From an uncultured Actinomycetota bacterium (GTDB taxonomy: Bacteria > Actinomycetota > Actinomycetes > JACCUZ01), in assembly GCA_963723975.1 (NCBI GenBank), contig CAVRTI010000006.1, positions 4,259-68,258 on the forward strand: a stretch of 64,000 nucleotides of DNA, read 5' to 3'. Positions 11,647 through 22,125 of the stretch are shown here, in pieces. Below the pieces are notes generated by a model. It did not search any database. It was given only the letters and a program-made list of their open reading frames with translations, and had not been told where the DNA came from. Position numbers and translations under genes: made by a program. The number at the start of each line of letters is the position of its first letter. Within the stretch, counting starts at the first letter, position 1.

Positions 11647-12315
11647 GGCAGCTCCAACAGGAATCCCTTGCCTCGCACAGTACGGATCAACCGGCGTCCG
11701 CGCGGGCGTTCTAGCTTCCTTCGCAGGTAGCCGATGTAGACATCGGCGATGTTGGGCGACCCCTGGTACTCGTCCGTCCACACCTCGTGGAGGAGCTGGC
11801 GGCGCGAGACCAGCTGGCCGGCGTTGCGGGCAAGCACCTCGAGCACGTCGAACTCCCGTGCGGTCAGCTCGACCTGCTGGCCCGCCCGCGAGACCAGCCG
11901 GGTCGAGGAGTCGACGTGCAGCTCGCCGACTTCGATGACCCGGGGATGGGTCGACGGGCCGCGACGGACGAGCACCCGGAGCCGAGCCAACAGCTCGCCG
12001 AAGTCGAACGGCTTGACGAGGTAGTCGTCGGCCCCGTGGTCGAGCCCACGGATTCGGTCCGAGACGCTGCTGCGTGCAGTCAGCATCAGCACCGGAACAG
12101 AGTTGTCGGCGAGCCGGAGCTGCTCGCACAGGCGTCAAACCGTCCAAACCCGGGAGCATCAGGTCCAGGACGAGGACGTCGTACTCCCCCACCAAGGCCT
12201 TCGCGAGTCCGTCGGTGCCGGTTCGTGCGACGTCGATCTCATAGCCCTCACGGCCAAGACCGCGGCGTAACGCGCGCACGAGCTTGGCGTCGTCCTCCAC
12301 CAGAAGTACACGCAT
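11643..12315 (-). pseudogene. OmpR-family response regulator, one frameshift as sequenced
   Basis: MRVLLVEDDAKLVRAL...VLVLDLMLPGLDGLT joins LCEQLRLADNSVPVLMLTARSSVSDRIRGLDHGADDYLVKPFDFGELLARL if one extra base near 12131 is removed. Winged-helix C-terminus. Confidence 0.88.
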
Positions 12316-12437
12316 TGACCACTCTTCCGTACGTCATTCGCAGGTTGACGGGTCGACGTCGCCAGCGCACCGTTGCCCAGGTTCCTAAGTGTTCTCTAAG
12401 TATCCGGGTCTCGCGATCCTGTGGGGGTGTAGGACAC

Positions 12438-15400
12438 ATGCGCGTTCTGCTTCGTGGTGCACTGCACTTCCGACTCATTGTGCTCGGAATTGCCGCAGCC
12501 GTCCTCGTGTTCGGCGTCGCGCAGCTGCGCAGCGCCCCGGTCGACGTCCTGCCGGAGTTCACACCGCCGTACGCCGAGGTGCAGACCGAGGCCCTCGGGC
12601 TGTCGGCCGACGAGGTGGAGCAGCTCATCACCGTCCCGCTCGAGGCGGACCTGCTCAACGGTGTCGAGGGCATCGAGGTGATCCGATCCGACTCGGTCGC
12701 CGGCCTGTCGTCGATCGTGATGGTGTTCCGCCGAGGGCACCAACATCTACCGGGCGCGTCAACTGGTGGAGGAGCGGCTCACGCAGGCGCACGCGCTGCC
12801 CAACGTGTCGAAGCCCCCGACCCTGCTGCAGCCGCTGTCGTCGTCGAACCGGGTGCTTATGATCGGGCTCTGGCGTCGGAGAAGCTCACCCCGATCGAGC
12901 AGTCGGTCATCGCGCGGTGGACGGTCAAGCCCCGCCTGCTCGGCGTGCCCGGCGTCGCCAACGTCTCGGTCTGGGGCTTCCGCGACCAGCAGCTGCAGGT
13001 CCAGGTCGACCCGGCAGCGGCTGCGTGAGCAGGGCGTCACGCTCAACCAGGTCATCCGCTCCGCAGGCAACGCACAGGTCGTCTCCCCGCTGACGTTCCT
13101 GGAGGCGTCCACGCCGGGCACCGGCGGCTTCGTGGAGTCCCCGCAGCAGCGTCTTCAGGTGCGGCACATCCTCGAGAAGATCGCGGACCCGGCCGAGCTC
13201 GGGAAGGTGCCGGTCGACGGCACGGGCGGACGACTGCAACTCTCCGACGTCGCGGACATCGATCGTCGACCACCAGCCGCTGATCGGCGACGCCGTCGTC
13301 GCGGGCGGTCCAGGGCTCGTCCTGGTCGTCGAGAAGTTCCCGGGCATCAGCACAGCCGAGGTGACCGACGGCGTCGAGTCCGCTCTCGAGGACCTTCGAC
13401 CTGGGCTGTCGGGGATGCGCACCGACACATCGAGTCTTCCGGCCCGCCTCCTACATCGACGCTGCGATGGACAACCTCAGGTCTCGCGGTAGTCGTGGGC
13501 GCGCTGCTGATGCTCTTGGTCCTTCTGGCGCTGCGCTTCCACTGGCGGCGGTCCTCGTCGCGGTCGTCGCCGTGCCCGCTGTCGCTCGTCGTGGCCGGGC
13601 TGCTGCTCGACGTTCATGGGGCAGGGGTTCAACGCCATCGCTCTCATCGGGCTCGCGGCGGGTGTGGCGGTCGTGGTCGACGAGGCGATCACACCCACCG
13701 ACCGGGTCGTCCGTCGCCTGCGCGAGCACAAGGCCAGCGATGCGACTCCTGGTCAGTCACGTCCGTGGTCCGGGACGCGATCGCGGAGATCCGCCGCCCG
13801 CTGACTGTACGCGACGATGATCGTGCTGCTGGCCATCGTGCCGGTCGCGGTGATGGGTGGCCGGCCAGGCGCGTTCCTCGCCCCGCTGGTACTGGCCTAT
13901 GTCGTCGCAGTCATCGCTGCGATGCTGGTCGCTCTCACCGTCACGCCGGTGCTCACCGCGACGCTGTTCGCACGGTGGCAGCCGAGCAGCGACCGCTCGC
14001 CCGGGTTCGGTCGGGTCGGGGCGGGCTACCGCTCTGCGTTGAGGCGCTTCACCGGTGGGCTGCGCGGCGTCCTTGGTCGTGGCCGGCGTCTGTGTCCTCC
14101 TCGCCGCCGCGGCGATACCGTTCCTCGGTCTGTCGCTGATCCCGACGTTCCAGGACCGGGACGTCCTGGTGCGGCTGGACGGGCAGCCCGGCACCTCCAA
14201 CCTGCGCATGACCGACATCGCCACCGAGGTGGCCCGGAAGCTCCAGGACGTTCCCGGGGTCAACAACGTGGGTGCCCATGTCGGCCGCGCCGTCACCGGC
14301 GACCGGGTCGTCGACGTCAACCAGGCCGACGTCTGGGTCAACCTCGAGTCGGGCGCCGACTACGACGCGACCCGCGACGCGATCGACGCCGCCGTCGCGA
14401 CGTCCAGGACGTCGACACCGAGGTCGTCACCTACTCGACCGAGAACCTCCGTGACGTGGGCGCACTGATGAACGGCGAGAACCAGGTCAACGGGCCGGGA
14501 CCTCGACGTCCTGACCGGTGTCGAGCACCCACTCGTCGTCCGGCTGTTCGGCCAGGACCAGGAGATCCTCCGCGACGAGGCTGACCGGATCCAGAAGCTG
14601 ATGGCGAATGTCGACGGTGTCGTGGACCCCGTCGTCGATGCCCCGCTCGTGCAGCCCATCGTCGAGATCGAGGTGGACCTCGACCGCGCACAGACCTTCG
14701 GCATCACCCCGGGTGCGGTGCGCCGCGCGGAGGCCACGCTGTTGCAGGGCATCCAGGTCGGCAGCATCTTCCAGGAGCAGAAGGTCTTCGACGTCGTCGT
14801 CCAGGGTGCACCCAGCATCCGCGGGAGCGTCGAGAGCGTACGGGACCTCCTGATCGACCGCCCGGACGGCGGCCACGTGACCCTGGGCCAGGTCGCCGAC
14901 GTCCGCGTCGTCGACTCCCCGGCGGTCATCCGCAGGGACGCCGTCTCGCGCCGGCTGGACGTCGTGGCCGACGTCAGCGGCCGCAGCGTGGGCGACGTCG
15001 CTGCAGACATCGAGAGTCGGCTCGCCGAGGTGGCACTGCCGCTGGAGTACCACGCCGAGGTGCTGGACGACTCGACGTCGAGCGAGATCGGTGTCGGTCG
15101 GGTCGCTGGGTTCGCGCTCGCGCGGCAATGGCGCAGCCTTCCTGCTGCTGCAGGCAGCGTTCCGAAGCTGGCGGCTCGCCGGTCTGATCATCGTCACCGT
15201 TCCGCTCAGCCTGGTCGGCGGGCTGGTAGTGGCGCTCATCGACGGCGCCGAGCTGTCCCTGGGCTCGCTGCTCGGGCTCCTCGCCGTGCTCGGACTGGCG
15301 ACCAGGACGAGCATTGCCCTGGTCACCGACATGCAGGCCCGTGAGGGACGCGGCGAGGACGCACGCGAAGGGGTCGTCCACGGCGTCGCTGCGGAGCGTT

Positions 15401-15712
15401 TCGTGCCCGTCATCACGACGACCGCGGCGCTGGCGGCCTTCGCTGCTGCCCGTCGCCGTGCTGGGTGGCCGGCCAGGGCTGGAGCTGCTGCATCCGATGG
15501 CGCTGGTCATGCATTGGCGGCCTGGTCACGGCGTGCGTGGTGACGCTGTTCATCGTTCCCGCCTTGTACCTCCACCTGGCGCCGGCTGCGACCGGTAGCG
15601 CCGGACTGAGGACGAGCGGATCGACCTCGAGCCCGGCCGCGAGCCGGCGGCTGCGTGGCCGAGGCAGCGCACGGCCGCGACCGTGGTGTCGCCCGAGGAG
15701 GCGGTGAAGTGA
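12438..15712 (+). pseudogene. CzcA/CusA-like RND efflux permease (paralogue 1), about 18 frame changes
   Basis: The full RND architecture can be traced through all three frames (MRVLLRGALHFRLIVLGIAA...VDVLPEFTPPYAEVQTEALGLSADEVEQLITVPLE ... IGGLVTACVVTLFIVPALYLHLAP ... SPEEAVK stop). Frame path is 0,1,0,1,2,0,1,0,1,2,1,2,0,2,0,1,2,0,2. Confidence 0.85.
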
Positions 15713-16160
15713 CCCGGCTGCCCGGCGGCACCGTCGTCGCGGCGCTGGCACTGGTCGCCCTGACGTCGCTGCTCTCCGGCTGCCAGCGAGGCCGAGGTCG
15801 CGTCGTACAGCAGCGGCTACGAGCCCTCGCACGTCAAGCAGGTCGCGGATTCGGACGTCCCCGAGGTGACGTTCACCAAGATCGGGGCCGAGCAGGTCGA
15901 CCTCACGACGGTGCCGGCGACGCCAGGTCGGCGGGCAAACCGTCGTGCCGTACGCAGCGCTCATCTACGACGGTCAGGGCGCCCCGCACGTCTACACAGC
16001 CACTGACGACCTGACGTTTCTTCGCACGCAGGTCACCGTGGACCGCATCGAAGGGGACTCGGTACTGCTGACTGACGGACTCGATCCGGGAACCAACGTC
16101 GTCACCGTCGGGGCAGCTGAGGTATGGGGCGCTGAGCTCGAGATCGCCGGCGGGCACTGA
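15709..16160 (+). pseudogene. Small lipoprotein resembling the C-terminal barrel of an efflux adaptor, two frameshifts
   Basis: GGAGG-N7-GTG start overlapping the RND-1 stop (GTGA). Signal/lipobox VTRLPGGTVVAALALVALTSLLSGC. Then SEAEVASYSSGYEPSHVKQVADSDVPEVTFTKIGAEQVDLTTVPAT and VPYAALIYDGQGAPHVYTATDDLTFLRTQVTVDRIEGDSVLLTDGLDPGTNVVTVGAAEVWGAELE in other frames. Confidence 0.6.
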
Positions 16161-16190
16161 AATGGGCGAAATGGGCGGGGAGGTCCACTG

Positions 16191-19100
16191 ATGCGTCACA
16201 TCGTCGGTAAGAGCCTGCGGTTCCGGTGGCTTGTGGTTTTCGCCGCCGCCGCACTCTTGGTGCTCGGGTTCGCCGAGATCCCGAACACCAAGGTCGACGT
16301 CTTCCCGGAGTTCGCGCCGCCCCAGGTCGAGATCCAGACCATCGCCCTCGGCAACTCGTCCAACGAGGTCGAGCAGCTGATCACGGTCCCGATCGAGGAA
16401 CAGCTCAGCGGCATCGAGGGCCTGAAGGAGATGCGCTCCAAGTCGGTGGCGCAGCTGTCCTCGATCCGGCTCATCTTCGGCAAGGGGACCGACGAGCTCC
16501 TGGCCCGACAGCTGGTGGCCGAGCGCCTCTCCGGGACGACCGCCACGCTTGCCGACATGGGCTAGCCCGCCCTACATGATGCCGGCGCTGTCGGCGACCA
16601 GCCGCATCATGAAGATCGGTCTCACCTCCGAGAACCTGAACCTGATCGACATGTCGACCGTCGCCTACTGGAAGATCAGGGCGCGCCTGCTGCGCGTTCA
16701 GGGCGTGGCCCAGGTCAACATCTATGGCGAGCGGCTGCCGCAGCGCCACGTGCAGGTAGACCCGGCCAAGCTCGCCGAGCACGGCGTCACCCTGCAGCAG
16801 GTCATGGACGCCGGCTCGGATGCCCTCGACGCCGGCCTGCTCCGGTACTCCGACGGCGCGGTGGTGGGCACGGGCGGCTTCATCGAGGCCGGCGACGCGC
16901 GAATGAACGTCCGGCACGTCCAGCCCATCACGGAAGCTGAAGACCTCGCCAAGGTGCCCGTCGTCGAGCGCGACGGCAAGACCCTGCGGCTCGAGGACAT
17001 GGGTCGGGTCCTCGTCGACTCCGGGCCGATCTGGGGCGACGCCGTCATCAACGACGGCGAGGGCCTGATGCTCATCATCCAGAAGTTCCGCGGCGCCAAC
17101 ACCATGGAGGTGACCCGCGGCGTCGAGCAGGCCATGGAGAAGATGGCTCCCGGGCTGCCCGGCATCGAGGTCGACACCACGATCTTCCGGCCTGCCACGT
17201 TCATCGAGCAGTCCATCGACAACCTCACCAAGGCGATGTATCTCGGCATCCTGCTCGTGATGCTGATCATCATCGCGTTCCTCTTCGAGTGGCGGACAGC
17301 ATTCATCAGCCTCATCGCGATCCCGCTGTCGCTGGTTGCCGCGTTGCTCGTCCTCGACGCCCAAGGGATCACGGTCAACGTGATGGTGCTGGCCGGGCTG
17401 GTGGTCGCCATCGGCGTGGTGGTCGACGACGCCATCATCGACGTCGAGAACATCGTGAGACGACTGCGCCAGGCCAAGGCCGAGGGGTGGGACACCTCGA
17501 CGTTCAAGATCGTCCTGGACGCATCGGTGGAGGTCCGGACCGCCATCACGTACGCAACCCTCATCAACGTTGTCGCGGTCGTGCCGGTGCTGTTCCTGGA
17601 GGGACTGTCAGGGTCGTTCTTCCAGCCACTCGTGCTCTCCTATGCGCTGGCCGTGCTCGTCTCGATGGTCGTCGCCCTGACACTGACACCCGCGCTGTGC
17701 CTGCTCATGCTCTCGCGCGGCAAGCTGGTCCGGCGCGAGTCACCGCTGCTGCGGGTGCTCAAGGGCGGCTACCGGGCGGTGCTCACACCGCTGCTGCGCC
17801 GCCCGAGCCCGGCGATGGCGACCGCCCTCGCCCTCACGGTGGCTGGGGCACTGGCCTTCCCGACTCTCGGCAACCAGCTGCTTCCCAACTTCAAAGAGCG
17901 TGACTTCCTGATGCACTGGCTGAGCCAGCCAGGCACCTCCGCCCCGGAGGAGTACCGGGTTTCCGTCGCGGCCTGCAAGGACCTCCAGGAGATCCCGGGG
18001 GTGCGCAACTGCGGCGCGCACATCGGGCAGGCGCTGCTCGCCGACGAGGTCTACGGCGTGGACTTCGGCGAGAACTGGATCAGCGTCGAGCCGGGCGTGG
18101 ACTACGACGACACCCTGAAGTCGGTGCACAAGACGGTCGAGGAGTATCCGGGTCTTTACCGCGACGTCCAGACGTATCTCCGCGAGCGGATCAAGGAGGT
18201 GCTCACCGGCACCAGCGAGTCGATCGTCGTCCGGATCTACGGCCCGGACCTCGCCACGCTGCGCGAGACGGCGCACACCATCGCGGAACAGATCGCCGAC
18301 ATCGACGGCGTGATCGACGCCCATGCCTCGCTTCAGACGGACCTGCCGCACATCGAGGTCGAGCCCGACCTGGCGGCTGCCCGGGCGCACGGGCTGACGC
18401 CCGGTGAGATCCGCCGTCAGGCCTCGACGATGATCGCGAGCGAGGAAGTCAGCGACATCTATGCCGGCGGCCGTGCGTACGACCTCCACGTGACGTCGAT
18501 CCCCGAGGCGCGGGACAGCCTCACCGACGTCGAGAACATGTCGATCGACACACCGAGCGGTGGCCGGGTCCTGCTCAAGGACGTGGCGGACGTCCGGATG
18601 GGGCCGACACCTAACGCCGTCCTGCGCAACCAGCAGTCACGGGTCATCGACGTCGGCGCCAACGTCTCGGGCGGAGACCTGGGCGCGGTCGTGGAGTCCG
18701 TCGAGGAGCGCCTTGAGGGGGTCGCGTTCCCGACCGGGTACCACGCAGAGGTGATCGGTGAGTCCACCGAGCTGAACGCCGCGCAGGACCGGCTGTCCCT
18801 GTTCGGTCTCGCGGCCCTCGCGGCGATCCTCCTGCTGCTGCAGGCCGCCTTCGGCAGCTTCCGGCTCGCGGCGTTGACCTTCCTGCTGCTGCCGATGGCT
18901 CTCGTCGGTGGCGTACTGGCTGTCTGGTTCGGCGACGGGGTGCTGTCCCTCGGGTCCCTGGTCGGCTTCCTCGCCGTCTTCGGGATCGCGGCACGCAACG
19001 GGATCCTCATGATCAGCCACTTCCAGCGGCTGGAACGCGAGGAGGGTCAGACGTTTGGCCCCGAGCTCGTCCTGCGCGGTGCGATGGAGCGCCTGGCGCC

Positions 19101-19321
19101 CATCCTGATGACCGCCTGCGCCACCGGTCTGGCGCTGGTCCCCCTCGCGGTCGCCGGCAGCATCCCCGGCCACGAGATCGAGCACCCGATGGCCATCGTG
19201 ATCCTGGGTGGCCTCCTCACCTCGACCCTGCTCAACCTCTTCGTCCTTCCGTCGCTGTACCTGCGGTTCGGGCGCAGCCGCAAGGACGCGTCAGGCCGCG
19301 CCGACCGCCGTCATGGCATAG
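16191..19321 (+). CDS. CzcA/CusA-like RND efflux permease (paralogue 2). One frameshift near 16550 and an unresolved 3' end
   Basis: GGGAGG upstream of the ATG at 16191. MRHIVGKSLRFRWLVVFAAAALLVLGF...ERLSGTTATL continues as PTWASPPYMMPALSATSRIMKIGL in ORF 16549..19824. After LYLRFG there is no in-frame stop until 19824 (inside rmuC). A TAG at 19319 lies in the +1 frame. Confidence 0.85.
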
Positions 19322-19391
19322 GCAGTCGCGACCGGCCCGCGAACTGGTGTCGCTGCGGGGTTGTGTCCGGGGTCTGCGCGACCCTGCGGGC

Positions 19392-20526
19392 ATGGAGATC
19401 GTTCTGCTGCTCATGGGTCTGGTGCTCGGGGTCACTGTCGGCTGGCTGGTGGCCCGTTCCCGCGGCGCGGCCGCCGAGGCCGAGGTGCGGCTGCTGCGTG
19501 AGCGGCTGGCTGTGTCCGACTCGGCGGCCCACCGCCGCGACGACGTCGCGGTCACGGTGGCTCCGCTGCGCGAGGCGCTCGGGAAGGTCGAGACCCACCT
19601 GCGCGAGCTCGAGACCGCCCGGGTGTCGGCCTACGCCGCGCTGTCCGAGCAGGTCGGGTTCATGCGGTCCACCGGCGAGGACCTGCGCGACCAGACGTCC
19701 TCCCTGGTGCATGCCCTGCGGGCACCGCAGGCCCGCGGCCGGTGGGGCGAGATGCAGCTGCGGCGGGTCGTCGAGCTGGCCGGGATGGTCGAGCACTGCG
19801 ACTTCACCGAGCAGGCGACGGTGACCACCGACCACGGAGTCCTCCGTCCCGACCTGGTGGTCCGGCTGGCCGGCGGGAAGCAGGTCGTGGTCGACGCCAA
19901 GGTCTCCCTCGCTGCCTACCTCGATGCCGCCGAGTCCCGCGACCCCGATCGGGTGGAGGCCCGGATGCTGGCTCACGCCAGGCACCTGCGGGAGCACGTC
20001 AAGGGCCTGGCGGCCAAGGAGTACTGGCGGTCCTTCGAGCCGACGCCGGAGTTCGTCGTGCTGTTCGTCCCGGGCGACTCGTTCCTGGCGCCGGCACTGG
20101 AGCGCGACCCGCAGCTGCTCGAGGATGCGATGGCGGCGAAGGTGCTGATCGCCACCCCGACAACGCTGATCGCGATGCTTCGCACGATCGCCTACTCCTG
20201 GCAGCAGGAGGCGCTGACGGCCAACGCCCGCTCGGTCTTCGAGATCGGCCGTGAGCTCTACCGGCGGCTCGGCAAGCTCGGCGACCACGTCGACAAGGTC
20301 GGCCGAGGGCTGTCACGGTCCGTCGAGGACTACAACGCCATGGTCGGCTCGCTCGAGCGCACCGTGCTCACCCAGGCTCGTCGGATGGCCGACCTGCAGG
20401 TCACCGACGCCGAGCCTCCGCGCCCCGACGCCACTCGACTCGGTCCCCCGGCCGCTCAATGCCCCCGAGCTGCTCGACGCCGTCAGCCGGCCGGAGGACG
20501 CCCGGCCACTGCGCTCGCTGCCCTAG
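19392..20526 (+). CDS. rmuC: DNA recombination protein RmuC, one frameshift near 20430
   Basis: MEIVLLLMGLVLGVTVGWLVA anchor, coiled coil and the RmuC nuclease core (RGRWGEMQLRRVVELAGM...VVVDAKVSL...FVVLFVPGDSF). The conserved tail PLDSVPRPLNAPELLDAV is in the +1 frame and ends at 20526. The ORF-track tail to 20999 is Arg/Pro-rich read-through. Confidence 0.88.
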
Positions 20527-20538
20527 GCGGCCCCGGGC

Positions 20539-21120
20539 GTGTCCGTCGCGGCCCGGGCCGCCCAGCCGCTTACCGTGTCTCGGGTGACGATGACGACCGA
20601 CACCGCGGGGACGGGCCCTGGGCCCGCCGCACCGCTGGAGACCGGGTCCGCCGCGCTGACCACCACGACCGATGCCCCTGCCGCCACCTCGGTGGTCGTC
20701 ACTACTCCCCCGCAGCCCGGCCCCGGCCTGCTCGGCCGCGCCCTCGCCGAAGGCGTCACCGGCCCGGCGGTGGTGGCACTGTCCGCCCTCCTGGTCACCG
20801 CCGGCGCCCTGCTCGACCTCCGCCGGGACGCCACGCTCGGGCTCGCGACGGGCCTGGCCTACCTGCTGGCCGCGGTCGCCGCACCGGCCGTCGTGCGGTT
20901 CCGCTCGCTGGCGACCGCCGCCGTGCTGCCGCCGCTGCTGTTCGTCGGCGCCGCCGCGCTGATCGCCCGGACCGGCGGCCAGAACCGCGGCAGCCGTGAG
21001 GTCGCCCTCGACGTCGCGACCACGCTGGCCCTGTCGGCGCCGCTGCTCTTCGGCGGTGCGGTCGCCGCAGTGGTTGTCGTGCTGGTGCGGATCGGCCGAC
21101 GCGTGGCCGCCCGCCGCTAG
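20539..21120 (+). CDS. Hypothetical polytopic membrane protein (possibly DUF6542-like)
   Basis: 193-aa ORF. Low-complexity T/P/A N-terminus followed by three or four hydrophobic helices. It sits next to ispH, as similar proteins do in other actinobacteria (from memory). Confidence 0.6.
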   Translation: MSVAARAAQPLTVSRVTMTTDTAGTGPGPAAPLETGSAALTTTTDAPAATSVVVTTPPQPGPGLLGRALAEGVTGPAVVALSALLVTAGALLDLRRDATLGLATGLAYLLAAVAAPAVVRFRSLATAAVLPPLLFVGAAALIARTGGQNRGSREVALDVATTLALSAPLLFGGAVAAVVVVLVRIGRRVAARR

Positions 21121-21130
21121 GACGCACCAC

Positions 21131-22106
21131 TCAGCCGTCGGCGGCGGCCTTGGCCTTCATGTCGCGACGCAGCTCGGGCGGCAGGGCGAAGAGCACGCTC
21201 TCCTCTGCCGAGCGCACCTCCTCGACGTCGGTGTAGCCGCGCTCGGCCAGCCAGTCGAGCACGCCACGTACCAGGATCTCGGGCACCGAGGCACCGCTGG
21301 TGAGGCCGACGACCGCAACGCCGTCCAGCCAGGCGTCCTCGAGCTCGGAGGCCTTGTCGACGAGCCGGCTGTCCTTGGCCCCCATCTCGAGGGCGACCTC
21401 GACCAGACGCACGGAGTTCGACGAGTTCGTCGACCCGACCACGATGACCAGGTCGGCGCCGACCGCGATGTCCTTCACGGCGACCTGACGATTCTGGGTG
21501 GCGTAGCAGATGTCGTCGCTGGGCGGGTCGAGCAGCGCTGGGAACCGCTCGCGCAGCCGGCGCACCGTCTCGAGCGTCTCGTCGACCGACAACGTGGTCT
21601 GCGACAGCCAGGCCACCTTCTCCGGGTCCCGGACGACGATGCTGTCGACATCGGCCGGGCCGTCGACCAGGTGGATGTGGTCGGGCGCCTCGCCGGTCGT
21701 GCCGACGACCTCCTCGTGGCCTTCGTGGCCGATGAGCAGGATGTCGTAGTCGTCGGCGGCGAACCGGACAGCCTCGTGGTGCACCTTGGTCACCAGCGGA
21801 CAGGTGGCGTCGATGGTGCTGCAGCTGGCGGGCCCGGGCCTGCTCGTGCACGACGGGGGCGACGCCGTGCGCCGAGAAGATGACGGTGGCGCCCTCGGGC
21901 ACCTCGTCGTTCTCCTCGACGAAGATCGCGCCCCGGTCCTGCAAAGTCTCGACCACGTGCTTGTTGTGCACGATCTGCTTGCGGACGTAGACCGGCGGGC
22001 CGTACGTCTCCAGCGCCTTCTCGACGGTGATGACCGCGCGGTCGACGCCGGCGCAGTACCCACGAGGGGCTGCGAGCAGGACACGACTTGCCGGGCGATC
22101 GCGCAT
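21131..22106 (-). pseudogene. ispH: 4-hydroxy-3-methylbut-2-enyl diphosphate reductase IspH, one frameshift as sequenced
   Basis: [52 protein letters not shown]...[10 protein letters not shown] (frame A) joins [40 protein letters not shown] (frame B) at about 21818. Length is 1 mod 3. Confidence 0.92.
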
Positions 22107-22125
22107 CACTCCATGGTAGGTCGCC

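Noticed and set aside
7890-16160. Programmed ribosomal frameshifting or transcriptional slippage as the cause of the frame changes
   Set aside because: There are too many sites (up to 18 in one gene), no shared slippery heptamer, and both +1 and -1 directions occur.
16160-16190. AAATGGGCG tandem duplication between the lipoprotein and RND-2
   Set aside because: Two 9-nt copies in a 30-nt spacer that also carries the ribosome-binding site. Too short to interpret.
20527-20999. C-terminal 160 codons of ORF 19347..20999 (apparent long RmuC tail)
   Set aside because: It is read-through caused by the frameshift near 20430. The conserved RmuC terminus is in the +1 frame and stops at 20526. The tail overlaps the next membrane-protein gene.
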